Shown here: piece after piece, positions 31,047 through 43,802 of the stretch
Position numbering within the stretch: position 1 is the stretch's first letter
Layout: the number at the start of each line of letters is the position of its first letter
Source: an uncultured Solibacteraceae bacterium
GTDB lineage: Bacteria > Acidobacteriota > Terriglobia > Bryobacterales > Bryobacteraceae
DNA length: 64,000 nt
Reading direction: 5' to 3'
Assembly: GCA_963792055.1 (NCBI GenBank)
Contig: CAWBUV010000017.1
Coordinates: 252,283 to 316,282 of the forward strand
Made by a program: the position numbers and the translations under genes
The notes under the pieces: generated by a model
Seen by the model: the letters and a program-made list of their open reading frames with translations, nothing else
Told to the model about the DNA's origin: nothing
The model's database searches: none

Positions 31047-32169
31047 CTACAAGGGAACACTGAAGGCAAGCGGGAGCGTCTCGGCGGTCGACTTCAGCAA
31101 TGCGGGAGGAACTGCGCCCGTGAAGGCCGGCTCTTCCGTTTCGCGGCCGACAGCGTGTGCGCAGGGACAGATTTATTTTGCTACGGACGTTGCGGCCGGG
31201 CAGAACCTGTACTTCTGTACGGTGACGGGAGCACCTGGAGTGTGGACTCAAATGAGCGGTAGCGGGGCAACGGCGATGACGGCCGGGACCGGCGCACCGG
31301 CAGGCAATTGCTCTCCGCCGGCTTTGTACACCGATACGGACAATCAGGATCTGTGGTATTGCGGCGCAATGAATTCCTGGAAGCGTCCGGCGGGAGCCAC
31401 GACGGGCGGCAGCGCAACTACGGCCTATGTTTCCTCATTGCTCACTGGCCCGGACCTTACCAGGACGGTCAGCGGGGCGACCCACGGGTTCGCTACCACG
31501 GCCTTACAGGTTGCCGTCTACGATAATGCGTCGCCACGCAACGCCATCGATGTGAACTATGCCGTAAACCCTTCTACTTACGACGTAGTGATCACGTTTG
31601 CCAGCCCGCAGAGTAGTTACTATGTAACGATCAACGGTGGCGTGGGCTTACAGGGTGACAATGGTGATAGTGGGCAGACCGGCGGGGGTGCGCCGGGCGG
31701 CGGCAGCGGGCAGGTACAAGTCAACTCAGGTGGAACGTTTGCGGGACAGACTTCTATCTTTAGCGGCGGGACGTTGGTACAGCGGGCCGTAGAGTGTGCA
31801 TCCGGGACCACAAGTTATACTGCGTTGACAGCGGCAGCGTCGAGTCAGGAAGTTACAATCCAGACTGGTATCTCAGGGAACGTTCGTTGGGACCAGGTGA
31901 CGGTATCGGAAAGCACTCAGTTCGCAGGGACGACCGGGCTGACGGTGTCCATGGGCCGCCCAGGAACCAACAACCACGAAATGACGGGCGCCCAGGTACC
32001 GTTGATGGTATCGGGCGGCGATGCGAATTTCTGGACGGCGCGTCCGATTCCCCCGCAACTGACAGGAACTTATTCGATCGTGCTCAATTTTGCTGTCACC
32101 TCAGGCACTGTGAATACGGCCACGGCCGGGGCGGTCACTTGGGAAGTGTGCGGCTATTCGGTTCGTTAG
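30973..32169 (+). CDS. Secreted protein sharing N-terminal and central modules with 28810..31046
   Basis: Intact 398-aa ORF. GGAG lies 8 nt before the ATG. Signal peptide MKRAILLATFATLCGAQ. It shares the module '...DFS.A..T.P.K.G......C..G..(F/Y)..TD.AAG.NLY.CT' and a central module 'G(T/A)TH...T......(Y)D.A.P......' with the upstream gene. Gly-rich linker 'GDNGDSGQTGGGAPGGGSG'. Confidence 0.75.
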   Translation: MKRAILLATFATLCGAQTTVNGGRDYKGTLKASGSVSAVDFSNAGGTAPVKAGSSVSRPTACAQGQIYFATDVAAGQNLYFCTVTGAPGVWTQMSGSGATAMTAGTGAPAGNCSPPALYTDTDNQDLWYCGAMNSWKRPAGATTGGSATTAYVSSLLTGPDLTRTVSGATHGFATTALQVAVYDNASPRNAIDVNYAVNPSTYDVVITFASPQSSYYVTINGGVGLQGDNGDSGQTGGGAPGGGSGQVQVNSGGTFAGQTSIFSGGTLVQRAVECASGTTSYTALTAAASSQEVTIQTGISGNVRWDQVTVSESTQFAGTTGLTVSMGRPGTNNHEMTGAQVPLMVSGGDANFWTARPIPPQLTGTYSIVLNFAVTSGTVNTATAGAVTWEVCGYSVR

Positions 32170-32235
32170 CGGTGCCGTCAGGACGGACCAGCCGGCCGGC
32201 CTTCAGACAGTTCAAACACGTTCAGGATTGATTCA

Positions 32236-35200
32236 ATGAAATTAGCGACAATCGTTCTGACCGCATCGTTGGCATACGGTGCGGTCGGCAATTTGCAGGT
32301 GCGGGGGGTGACATCCACGCAGGCCGTTATTGCTTACACTGCGCCGGATACGAGCGCGTGTTCGGTAGAGGTAAGCGAGTCGCCATCTTACCGTCCACTG
32401 GCGCACGACGTCGATCCTGCGCTATTCACGGGCTCTAGCCTGGACAACAGGCCGGAAGCGACGGCAAGCGGACGGCAGCGCGTATTCGTGGTGGGGAAAA
32501 GGCGGGCCGAGAGGGGCGCCGATAACCGCTGGTATTCGCGGGCACTGCAGACATTCACGACTCACTATTTTCGAATTACCTGCGGCAGCAGCCAGGCTAC
32601 CGGGCGGTTTCTGACAGCTAACATCGCACTGGGGAATACTTACAATGAGGCGTTACCTGCAGATCCCGGCGTGAGTGCCCGGCCATACTTCAGTTCCACC
32701 GGATCTTACGCATGGCCGGAGTTTCAGAATTGGAACAATCAGGATCCGGCGGCGCGTTCGGAATCCGTGATCGATCCCCAGACGGGTATGCTGCTCAAGC
32801 GCCTTGCGCTGCCCCAGGATCAGCCGATCACTTATTTGCCCGGTGGAGGGGACCATTACTTTTCGTCGGTTATCGATCCGGACGCAGCATGGGGAACGGC
32901 CAGCCGCGATACTCACCGATGATGGCACGGTGGCATCTTTCAAGGGAACCCAATCGAACGCACTCTTTTTAAGAGACCAGAACTTCTGGCCGGCAGGTGG
33001 GACCAACTTGTGGGATTTGACGCTACCCACGGAGTATGTGACAGTTTCCCTGAAGGGTTGGTGCTCGGGAACCTGCGCCGGTGAAGACGCAAAGATACAG
33101 GCCTGCCTGACGATTAACGGCGTCACCTGCTGGCCCACCAATGCAACAGCCAAGTATCAGGAAACCACACTCCCAACTTCCCAGACGAATAACTTCCTCA
33201 CTTTGGGGAGTCCGGTTGCAATTCTGGAATCGTGGACGCCTGCTGGATTCAGCCGGCTGAATCGTGCAGACCTCTCCTTTCGAACCGGAATTGTGAATGT
33301 CGATGTGGATGGCGGCGTGACCTGGCAATCAGGCGGTTACCCGAACACCTACTTCAATCCGAATTGGACTACGGGTAGCAAGATCAACATCGCGGGTTCG
33401 GAATGCAAGATCGCACTGATGGGAGGATTGACCCGCTTGACGATCGATCCTTCATCCTGCTCGACGCCGCTTTCCCTACCGCTGACGGGGGCATCGTTCA
33501 CGGGATCCAATTTTGGATTTCTGGTGCGGAAGAAGACGGGGAGCACCGATCAGATCAACCTGAAATACGCGAAATACACTACAGGAAGTTCTCAGTACAT
33601 CGATTTTACGGCGAGCGGTTCGGCGAAATTATGCGGTGACACACTTACGCAGAACAGCGTCACCGGTGGCTTAGGATATCACTGTGTGGTCCCCAGTGGC
33701 TGGCCTCTGTTGTACTGGGTCGATCATACAACCGGCGATGCGACTTACCTCGGTCTGTTCTACAGGGCGGGGGCAAACGGCCCGGACGGCTTCTCGGGCG
33801 GCTTTTGCGACGGAGGTTCCACGATGGTAGGAACCACACCGACAAAGCCGGAGAACTATTACTGCGGTGCTACCGATAACGAGACGCCGGCGAAACCGAT
33901 CATTGTGTCATGTACGCTGACCACCACAAACCAGCCGGGAGATCAGGCCGTCTCGTGTACGAATCTTACACCGGGCACGAAGGGCAGAGACCTTGTGACA
34001 CTGATCGCGGAGTTCACTGCGAACGACGTACCGGCCTTCGACAGTACAACATATGGATGCGGGATTGTGGGACGTCAGGGCGGAAAGCTGATCCTGGGAT
34101 GCGGACGAAGTGTTCAGGATACCCTGGGATGGACGGTCGTCTTTGACCCGAACAAGGTGGATAGCGCGCCCGGATGCGTGGGAGGCGGCGCACCGGGTTG
34201 TGTGGTTGCGGCCGCATCGACGTGGGCTACAGCGCCGGCACGGTGGTGCGTCGCCCATACAAGATTCGTCTCCGGAAATACGGACACCCTGTGGATCGCA
34301 GGAAAATTCTTCGCTCCAAACTACCCGCCCCGGTTGGACGATGGGCCGTATACGGCGACGATCTTATCGGGAGCGTTGACGGCAACACCCGCGATCGCAG
34401 CGGGTACGGGCGCTTGTCCGGTTGGAAGCGCGGGTTGCACTCAGGTGACCGTAGACGGCGAACCTTGCGATTCGTCCCCGGCGGACGGTGAGGTGACAGG
34501 CCGGAACGCATGTCCGAAAAATCCTCTGTGGGTGTACCTGCAGGACTGCGAAGGTTGGAGACGTATTTACAATCGACGCAGAGTTCGTCGTGCTGGTGGC
34601 AAAGACCGGAAATGAGTGGACGCTACAACGTGGCTACGGTTTGAGTGCGCCGTCCGATCATAGTTCCCCGACGCTGTGGGCACATTGCATGGCGCGGGAT
34701 TTCTTCCATGGCGTCTCGAACTGGTCGTGGACCTGGGATACGGCAAGGGATCCGCACGGAGTCAATAGTGACGGAACCACGGTGCGCGTGGCTTGGGACT
34801 ACGATCACCCGGTTCCTCGCACGGATGTCACTCTCGGGGGAATGCCGAGCTACGACAGCAATTGCCAGTCCGGCGCATGCTATGCGGTACGGGCCGACGC
34901 CGGCTCCATGGGCGATCCGCCCAACCGGTATGTGTCGCTGGCGCCGTCATTTTCGGGAGCGTCGGGCACGGCGTCTTACATCGAGCGTGCGCAGGACCAT
35001 CCAAGCTGGCTGCAGGACAATGCAGCCCGGTCAGAGAGGCAGTGGTTCACAGACGGAAGGCCATTGGCGCCTCTGATGGACATCAGCGACGCGGCGATCT
35101 CTGTATCGGGACAGTTGTATCGAGTTACCTCGACTACCACGGACGGGGATAATCTCGGCCGCGTAGGCTACAACATTTACGTGGTGAAGACATCAGCGAC

Positions 35201-36398
35201 GACGCTGCTTGCCGGCAGGAAATTGCTCGGCGGCCAACCCCTGTCCGATCTGGAGCGACACCTACCTGCTGGACTCGATTGTGCAGCCGTGCACGATCAC
35301 GCTGCTGGGCGGGAGTGGGACGGTTTATGTTTCGAGAATCAGTTCGGGCGGCCTGGGAGTTACGTATACCAACGGCCTGACAATCAGCTACCGATACGTG
35401 CCCGCTTTCGGAAGGAGCATGGCTTTCCCGGGGGATCGGTACCGTTGTGGACGTGGAGCGCAAATGTCGGGTACTTGGGCGGCGAGCGGCGCGGACACTC
35501 GCGGTGGTTCGTCCGGCTATCTTGGCGTAATCAATCGCAAGATTCAGCCAACGTGGGCGTACTGCGGGATGCAGCCGTTGATCGACGCGAGTAGTGCAGC
35601 GATGGGAGACGTACTCAGCGACACGCCTGCGGATTCCTACAAATATTGCGTGGCGCGCAAACCGGGCGAGTGCCGGTCGGCCTCGCACCCGGGCGACATC
35701 TACGTGAACTGCCCGAATGAAGTGAAGCGCAACGGCGGTTCGTATGGATGCATGTGGTACAGCCAGAATCAGGATATACCGGTGGATATCTGCGTAGGCA
35801 ACATGAGCGCTTATCTGAACTCGATCGTGCAGATGGGATTTAAGAAGAACGATTTCACGGGAGCTTTGGGGAGAACGCTGACGAAGGGGTTGACGCGCTA
35901 CAAACTCATCGACGGGTACTGGCACGGCAAGACCCTGTCGGACGCATCGTGGCTCATGTTTCGCTCGATGTATACGAGCGGTGCGTGGACCGAAATCCTG
36001 CTGGGAAAATTACCCCCGTATCCCCCACGGATTCCGTAGTGCGCTGGACGTTTCAGCCAATCCCGGTGAAATTGACGCCTCCTTCGGGGCTGGCGGTGGA
36101 TAATGCCGTGATCGAGTTTGGATACGCGGAGAACGGCGAACCGGGACAGTTCTACTGCACCAGCCGCCAGGAGAAGTGCCTGGCTACCGCTGCTACTGTT
36201 CCGGCGGTGCCATTTCTGTTCCCATCCGATGCCGCAGACGGGATGGAGTCCGGTGTCGCCGGCATGCCGTGTGCAAACGGTTGTAGTATCGCAATCCCGG
36301 CGATTTCGCAACGAGTGCTGTATTACCGCGTAAGGTATCGCGATGCGTCGAACCGGACCGTCGCGACCGGCCAGATTGAAACGATCGCGGTACCGTAG
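32236..36398 (+). pseudogene. Giant (~1380 aa) secreted Cys-rich protein; at least 5 frame changes
   Basis: Signal peptide MKLATIVLTASLAYGA, then an FN3-like 'NLQVRGVTSTQAVIAYTAPDTSACSVEVSES'. The product continues through ORFs 32804..34615, 34590..35594, 35209..36039 and 35949..36398, with sensible joins such as '...LQD..VGDVFTIDAEFVVLVAKTGNEWTLQRGYG'. I count more than 45 Cys in the joined reading. No family recognised. Confidence 0.6.
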
Positions 36399-36418
36399 GG
36401 CGCCGCAAGCGAGCCAGT

Positions 36419-37177
36419 TTAGGGCAGCGCCTTTGCAATCGCAGCTTCGGCAACCGGCGTCAGCAACGCGTAACCTTTGTCGTTCGGGTGCAGGCCATCG
36501 CCCGAAAACCCCTGCTTGAGCATGCCGGTGTCATCGACCAGCGCGGCATAATAGTCGGCGAAGATAGCATGTCGCGGTAGCGGCATACTCTCGCATCCAG
36601 GCATTCAACTTCAGAATGTCAGAGGGTGGACGCTGCACCGTTTGCTTGCGCGCGGTATAGTCGCTGATCGGAGTCACCGAGCACAGAATCACCTTGATCC
36701 CGTGCGCCTGTGCCAATTCGGTGATGGCCTGAAGATTGTCTTCAATCATGGTGAGCGTGGACGGACCGGTGTTACCCGCGATATCGTTGGTGCCCGCATA
36801 GACCAGGAGCGCAGCCGGCTTCAGAGCAATCACATCCGGAAACATGCGCACCAGCATCTGCGGAGTGGTTTGACCACTGATTCCGCGATTCACATACGGC
36901 TTGCCGGGAAAGTACTGGGCCAGCTTCCAGCCGTCGGTAATTGAGTCGCCCAGGAATACGACGCGGCCTGGCTCCGGCGGCAGTTGCTTCAGTCTTTGGT
37001 TATCGGCGTAATAACGGCCCAATTGATTCCAGTCCTGCAACTGATCGGCAAGACCCTTGGCGGCTGCCGGCAGACAACAATTGGCCCGAGCCGGGGCGAA
37101 CTGATCGACCACTTGGCCAGAGGCGCCAGCAGCCAGCAGGAATGTTCCAGTAAGAATGAGAGAGTATTCATATTCAT
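36419..37177 (-). pseudogene. SGNH/GDSL hydrolase; 2 frame changes
   Basis: 'VVFLGDSITDGW' (block I Ser), 'NRGISGQTT' and 'VYAGTNDI' are in ORF 36531..37406. Block V 'GDGLHPNDKGYALL' is in ORF 36419..36604. The signal peptide start MNMNTLS (ATG 37177) is in a third frame. Confidence 0.75.
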
Positions 37178-37180
37178 AGC

Positions 37181-38394
37181 TTAGCCACGGATCCCGATGG
37201 GCGGCGTGGGCACACTGCGCCGCCGTTTGCGAATGCCGGCGAAATCGAAGACGGCCTGCGCGATCGGCGTTCCGATTACCTCGATGCGTTTGAGGTCGCG
37301 CGTACCGATTCCGACCTCTTCGGCCAGCTTCAGAGTACTGTCGCAACGCTCGAAGGGAGGTGTGCCACGGTCGGCCATCGGGTCGAAACCCATCAGCGCC
37401 ATGCACACCGCATCAGTGGTCACGGGATTCGTTCCGGCGACGATCACGCCTGGGGCAGCCGGCTGCAGGTCCTCGCGAATCCACGGGCCCTCGCCGCCCG
37501 TCATTGTCTTAACACCTTCCACAATCGCCAGATGAATGGGACGCGCGGAAATCAGGTCCACTACGGTGCGCGGCACGCGGTAAGTGTCTTGCCTGGGCGT
37601 GGTCGGGTCTTTTTCGGACGGCGCGCTTTTTGAGGGCTGACGATTGCCCGCGTGCACCATGGTCCGGCCGCCGTTCGGAATCACCGAAGGCTCATCGACA
37701 CCGGCTCCGGCGCCGTAGATGGTGGCGGGCGTCAGGCCGAAGCAATTCTTCATGGAAAGCGTGATTCCCGCCGTGGCGTGCTCCTTCATTTTGGCGAGAC
37801 TCACAAAGACGTCGCAATCTTCGTAGGAGTGATTCAGGTCGAATGCCGGATAGATATAGCCGCCATAGGGGCACTACCATGCGCGAATATTTCTTCGCGC
37901 GTCCCAGGTAGTTGGTATTTTCGAACTCCACGTTCTGCGCGGCGCCCAGAATATCGCGCGGCTCCCAATTGGCTCGCATCACGTATTCTTCCACCGGATC
38001 GGCGGTGGACCACGGACTTTCCAGAATGCGGATCCGGCGAGCGCCGGCTTTGCCCATGAGGTGAGCGACGGCGGCGATCACGTACGGGTTGGTGTAGTGC
38101 GTATCTTCGAGCGGAAGGTAGCCGATGCGATACGTGGGCGCGCCGGTCAGATTGATCTTCATGGCGACGGTCTTGCCCTTGACCAGCCGTCCCAATCCGC
38201 CCAATTGGTCGAACATGGTTTCGAGCGCAGGCAGCAGCTCGCTGAGGAGTTATACGTCTTGCACCGTGAGACGGCCACCGGAGCGGTGGGCGCCTGCGCG
38301 GCGCGCGCGAGCGGGCGCACCGGCCAGCCATGCGCCGGAGAGCGCGCCGGCGGTGCGTGGAAAGCCATTGCCTGCGAGTATGACGGCACTGCAT
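37181..38394 (-). pseudogene. DUF362-domain protein with twin-arginine-type leader; several frame changes
   Basis: GGAGG precedes ATG 38394 ('MQCRHTRRQWLS...'). Then 'PVAVSRCKTY' and 'ELLPALETMFDQLGGLGRLVKGKTVAMKINLTGAP' follow in ORF 37692..38216 and unlisted frames. 'FVSLAKMKEHATAGITLSMKNCFGLTP...' is in ORF 37181..37804. Confidence 0.7.
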
Positions 38395-38419
38395 TTGTAC
38401 TGCCTCCTGCTTCCAATCT

Positions 38420-39753
38420 CTAAACTTCCAATTCCAATGCGACGTACTGCGAAACCTGCGGCAGATGAACTTCCACCGCCTCCTTCTGGGATACCATTTC
38501 CACGCTTCGCGCGGCCGGCTGGCCGGCGGTTGAAATCCGCGCAGTACGATAGCGGCCTACCACCCGAACGCTGGCCGCGTCCGGTCCGCGGTTGGCATAG
38601 AAAAGCAGATGAACGATCGCTTGCTTGCGGTCCGGCGAGACCGTGTAAAACGAGCCGGTCGCTCCGCCATTCCAGAACCGGACCAGGTCATAGCGGTGGC
38701 TAACCAGCACGACGGAATCGTTGGCCCACACGTAAGGGTCGGACTCCTCCTCCCTCGCGATCGCGATCCGGCCCTTGCCGTGTGCATGTAAAGCGAAGCG
38801 GGGGTGATCTTCCGCCGCCAGCGGGGGAGTCGAAACAGCGCCCCATTTTGGACCGGCGATGAGCATGCCGCCCGCCTGTACGAACGCCGCGATCCGGCTG
38901 CGCAGGGCTGGCGAGGGCGCGAGGGCGTCGGCGTAGACCACGGCCCGGAGCCCCAGGAAGGAATCGGCCGATAACTTGCCGCTCAGCAGAATCCGATAAT
39001 GTTGTCCCGCGCGGGACAGGAGATTCAGCAGCTCTCCGCCGAAGAATTCATGGTCTCTGGCGAAGTCCGAGATGACGCCGACGATTGCCTGGGGCGAATA
39101 CGCCGCCCACTCCTTGTGCCCGCAAAAAATCCGGCGACATCGCAGAGCTTTTTCCAGGACGCCATCGATTCGGGGCGCCGGGAAGCAAGGCCGGCGGCGA
39201 AGGCCGCATCCAAAGTAGATCACCCAGCGGCCGCCATGCGCGGCGCTGTCAGACATGGTAATGAGGTAGGAATCCGCGTGATCCGCGCACCCTCCGCAGG
39301 CGTCGCCTGCACCCATACGGCGGTATTGGGATGAAGCGTCGCGGCAAGCCGGATTGCCCATCCGTTCGAGTTGACCCATGGCACCCCGGTGGGACCTGCG
39401 CTGGTTCCGCCGCCCTGTCCCCGAGACATGCGTACGCCGGCCCACTCGCCTTTGACCAGGACAATCCCATCAGGCAGAGCCGCGGGATCGGCAACCTGGA
39501 ATCCTGCCTCACGTGCGCGCGATCTGATTCCGTCGTACTCACTTCCCTTATCGATCAGGATGTAATTGAATGCAGTTCCTTGTAACAGCGATAACAACGA
39601 GGGGTCTGTCCAATTACCCGGCCAGCGGAAGGGCGTCCAGTCCACAGTCATAGCACCGCCCAGTACGATATCACGCCGAAGTCCCGGGAGGGAATCGGTT
39701 CGCCGCGTTGGCCCGGCAGGCGGCTGGTGATAGCGAAGGCGCGGCAGAAGCAT
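38420..39753 (-). pseudogene. Hypothetical protein (~440 aa); at least 1-3 frame changes
   Basis: The N-terminal part is in ORF 39220..39807 ('MTVDWTPFRWPGNWTDPSLLSLLQGTAFNYILIDKGSEYD...'). The rest is in 38420..39445. A stretch around 39025-39213 reads more protein-like in another frame ('DAAFAAGLAS...SWKKLCDVAGFFAG'). Candidate starts are 39753 (TAATG junction with the upstream stop) or 39651. No family recognised. Confidence 0.5.
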
Positions 39754-40894
39754 TACTTGCCCAACCCTCGAAGAATTCCTAAGACTTGCGGAGTGAGTTC
39801 CAGCCATACACGCGGTGTCACGAGCAGAAGCGGCAGCCGGCTCAGAACACCCCCTTCCAGAAACTGAAACATGAGCAGCGGCGCCAGGATGCGGGAGCCG
39901 GCGAAAGGGTCGTCATAAACTCCGGGCGGCAGCATAATCCCAAAACACGCCCATAGAAAACAGGCGTTACGGACGGCGTCCTTGCCCAGTTTGCGCACGC
40001 TACCGAGGGCCAACACGATCGCGAGTACGATGCCTCCCAGTTGCAACCACCAGAGAGTCTGGATCACGACAACCACCGGAACGGAAAACGCATAGTGGCG
40101 TGGATGGAGCACTGCTTGCAACATGCCCCACACTGGAATCAGTTCCCGCAATCCGGAGGCGTCGCCTCCGGGCATGGAGCGGCGCACCCAAAACGTCCAG
40201 AGCACGGCGGGCACCACTGCCGTAGCGAAGATCACGATCTGGCGATAGCGCCGCAGAATCAGGAGGCGAATGGCATAAGCAGTAAACAAGAGGAAGCCTG
40301 TTTCCCGGCAGAGCGCGGCGGCCCCCAGCACAAGGTATAGCTTCCACTGGGCATCCGAATCCGAATCGAGATACACTGCGAAACCCAAGGCCAGCGATGC
40401 CACCGGGACATCCACGACCATGCGGTCCAGCGAAATGATGGCTACCGGGACCACAGCATAAAGGGCGGCGAACAATGGATGCACGCCGGCGCGTTCCAGC
40501 AATTGCGCCAGCCAATACGCGCCCAGTCCCAGGAACATCAGGTTGCAGAACAGAAGAGAAGCATCCACCCACCCGGCGTGGCCCAAAGCGAGAAGGTGCG
40601 CCATCCCCGGAAGCAGAATCCGCGGGTAGCGCAGCGAAGGGTCGGGCACGGCGCGGCCAATATCCGTGCGGTCGAACGGGTCATGCGCCATGTAGTGGTA
40701 ACTTTGCCCATCGTAGCCGCCGCTGTTGCGAAAGACGTAGATATGCTCCGCGGCCAGGCCGGCGGGGAGCGGGTACAGCGATCCGTGGCAGAAGAGTGCC
40801 GTCCAATTTCCGCCGTAATTAAAATGAACCGTAAGGAACTGCCAGCCCAGGCCAAGCATGCTGCACAATAATGCGGCAGCCAGCGGACCGCGTT

Positions 40895-40898
<4 letters not shown>
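39753..40898 (-). CDS. Polytopic integral membrane protein (possible glycopolymer-related)
   Basis: Intact 381-aa ORF with about 9-10 hydrophobic segments. ATGA overlap with the accC stop. No catalytic family recognised. Confidence 0.7.
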
Positions 40899-42236
<1,338 letters not shown>

Positions 42237-42256
<20 letters not shown>

Positions 42257-42728
42257 ATAGAGCCTCCCCGTACTCCACCGGCTGTCCGTTCATCACCAGC
42301 TTACTTTCGATGATGCCGCTGGTCTCAGATTCGATCTCATTCATCAGCTTCATGCTCTCGATGATGCAAAGCACCTTACCAGGCTGAACGCGCTCACCGA
42401 CGCGCACGAAAGGCTGGGCCTCAGGCGAGGCAGCCTCGTAAAACGTCCCGACAATGGGTGATTTGACCAGAACAAGGTTCGGGTCGTTCGGCTTTTCGCC
42501 AATCTCCTTGGCGCCGGCGACGGGAAGCGGCGGGCTCGGCGGAGCAGCAGCCAGAGCCGAGGGGGCGGACGCGGAGGTATACGAAGGTGCGGCGACCACG
42601 ATCTCCGGCGGTGTGGTGAACGAAGAGCGGCGAATCCGCACGCGGTTGTCCCCGCGCTGAACTTCCAGCTCGGCGATTCCGGATTCTGTGGCGAGGGCGA
42701 TCAGTTCACGGATTTCATCGACTGTCAT
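42237..42728 (-). CDS. accB: Biotin carboxyl carrier protein
   Basis: Ala/Pro-rich linker followed by the biotinyl domain with 'IIESMKLMNEIES' (the MKM-type biotinylation site is MKL here). ATG at 42728; the track starts one codon earlier at TTG. Confidence 0.9.
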
Positions 42729-42866
42729 CAATGGATTAGCTTAACAGAGGTGCAACAGAGCGCGCTTCAGGTCGGCCTCACCCGGTCACAAGCGCGGTGA
42801 AGGGACCGCGCGGGAAGCCCAGATCCCGTGAACTCCCTGTCCCCAGTTCGCGTATACTCCCTAAAC

Positions 42867-43802
42867 ATGCTGGAAGTGACCGGATTGCATAAGCGTTACG
42901 GGGATCTGGTAGCCGTGGAGGAGGTCTCCTTCGTGGCCAGGCCTGGTGAAATGGTGGGCCTGCTCGGGCCGAACGGCGCCGGAAAGACCACCACCGTCTC
43001 GATGATCGCCGGGTTACTGGCGCCGGACCGCGGCGAGGTGCGGATCGAAGGCGGTGTCGTCCGCGGCGAGACCGATCCGGTAAAACTGCGCCTTGGACTG
43101 GTGCCGCAGGAAGTGGCGCTGCACGACGAACTTTCGGCACGCGAAAATCTGGCATTATTCGGCGCCATCTACAATCTGCGCGGCGCCCAACTTTCCGGCG
43201 CGATGGAGGCGGCATTCGAAGTGGCCGGGCTGGCCGACCGTGCGAAGGATCGGGTAAGTACCTTCAGCGGCGGCATGAAGCGGCGGTTGAACCTGGCGGC
43301 AGCGCTGCTGCACGGACCACGAATTCTGCTGCTCGACGAGCCTACTGTTGGCGTCGATCCGCAGAGCCGCAATCAGATCTTCGCAAGCCTGGAGGAACTC
43401 AAGCGTCAAGGCAAGACGCTGGTCTACACCACTCACTACATGGAAGAGGCCGAGCGCCTCTGCGACCGCATTATCATCATCGACCACGGCAAGGTGATTG
43501 CCAACGACACGCTGGATGCGGTCCGCCGTATGGTGCCCAGCGTGAATGTGCTCGAAATCGGCGTGGAAAACCCGGGCCGCGACGGCTGGCTGGATGGCCT
43601 GCGTACCGTGGATGGCGTCTCGGCCGCGGTGTGGGACGGCAGCACGCTACGCGTGACCGTGCAGGATCTGCTGGAGAATTCGCCGCGGGTGCTGGTATGG
43701 CTGCGCGAACGGAGCTATCGCTGCAGCCACCTGACCAGCCAGCGCGCCGATCTGGAGACCGTATTCCTCTCGTTAACTGGAAGGAGGGTGCGCAACGCAT
43801 GA
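42867..43802 (+). CDS. ABC transporter ATP-binding protein (ABC-2/DrrA-like)
   Basis: Walker A 'GPNGAGKTT', signature 'FSGGMKRRL', Walker B 'ILLLDEPT'. First ATG is 42867 ([12 protein letters not shown]); the track starts at GTG 42828. Confidence 0.9.
   Translation: MLEVTGLHKRYGDLVAVEEVSFVARPGEMVGLLGPNGAGKTTTVSMIAGLLAPDRGEVRIEGGVVRGETDPVKLRLGLVPQEVALHDELSARENLALFGAIYNLRGAQLSGAMEAAFEVAGLADRAKDRVSTFSGGMKRRLNLAAALLHGPRILLLDEPTVGVDPQSRNQIFASLEELKRQGKTLVYTTHYMEEAERLCDRIIIIDHGKVIANDTLDAVRRMVPSVNVLEIGVENPGRDGWLDGLRTVDGVSAAVWDGSTLRVTVQDLLENSPRVLVWLRERSYRCSHLTSQRADLETVFLSLTGRRVRNA

Noticed and set aside
30310-35520. Diversity-generating retroelement (template/variable repeat pair) between the shared modules
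   Set aside because: The DNA similarity is far too low: similarity is at the protein level only, with one shared 11-mer. There is no reverse transcriptase gene in the window.
28810-36398. Prophage or tail-fibre locus
   Set aside because: There are no capsid, terminase, baseplate, integrase or lysis genes in or around the cluster. All three proteins have Sec signal peptides.
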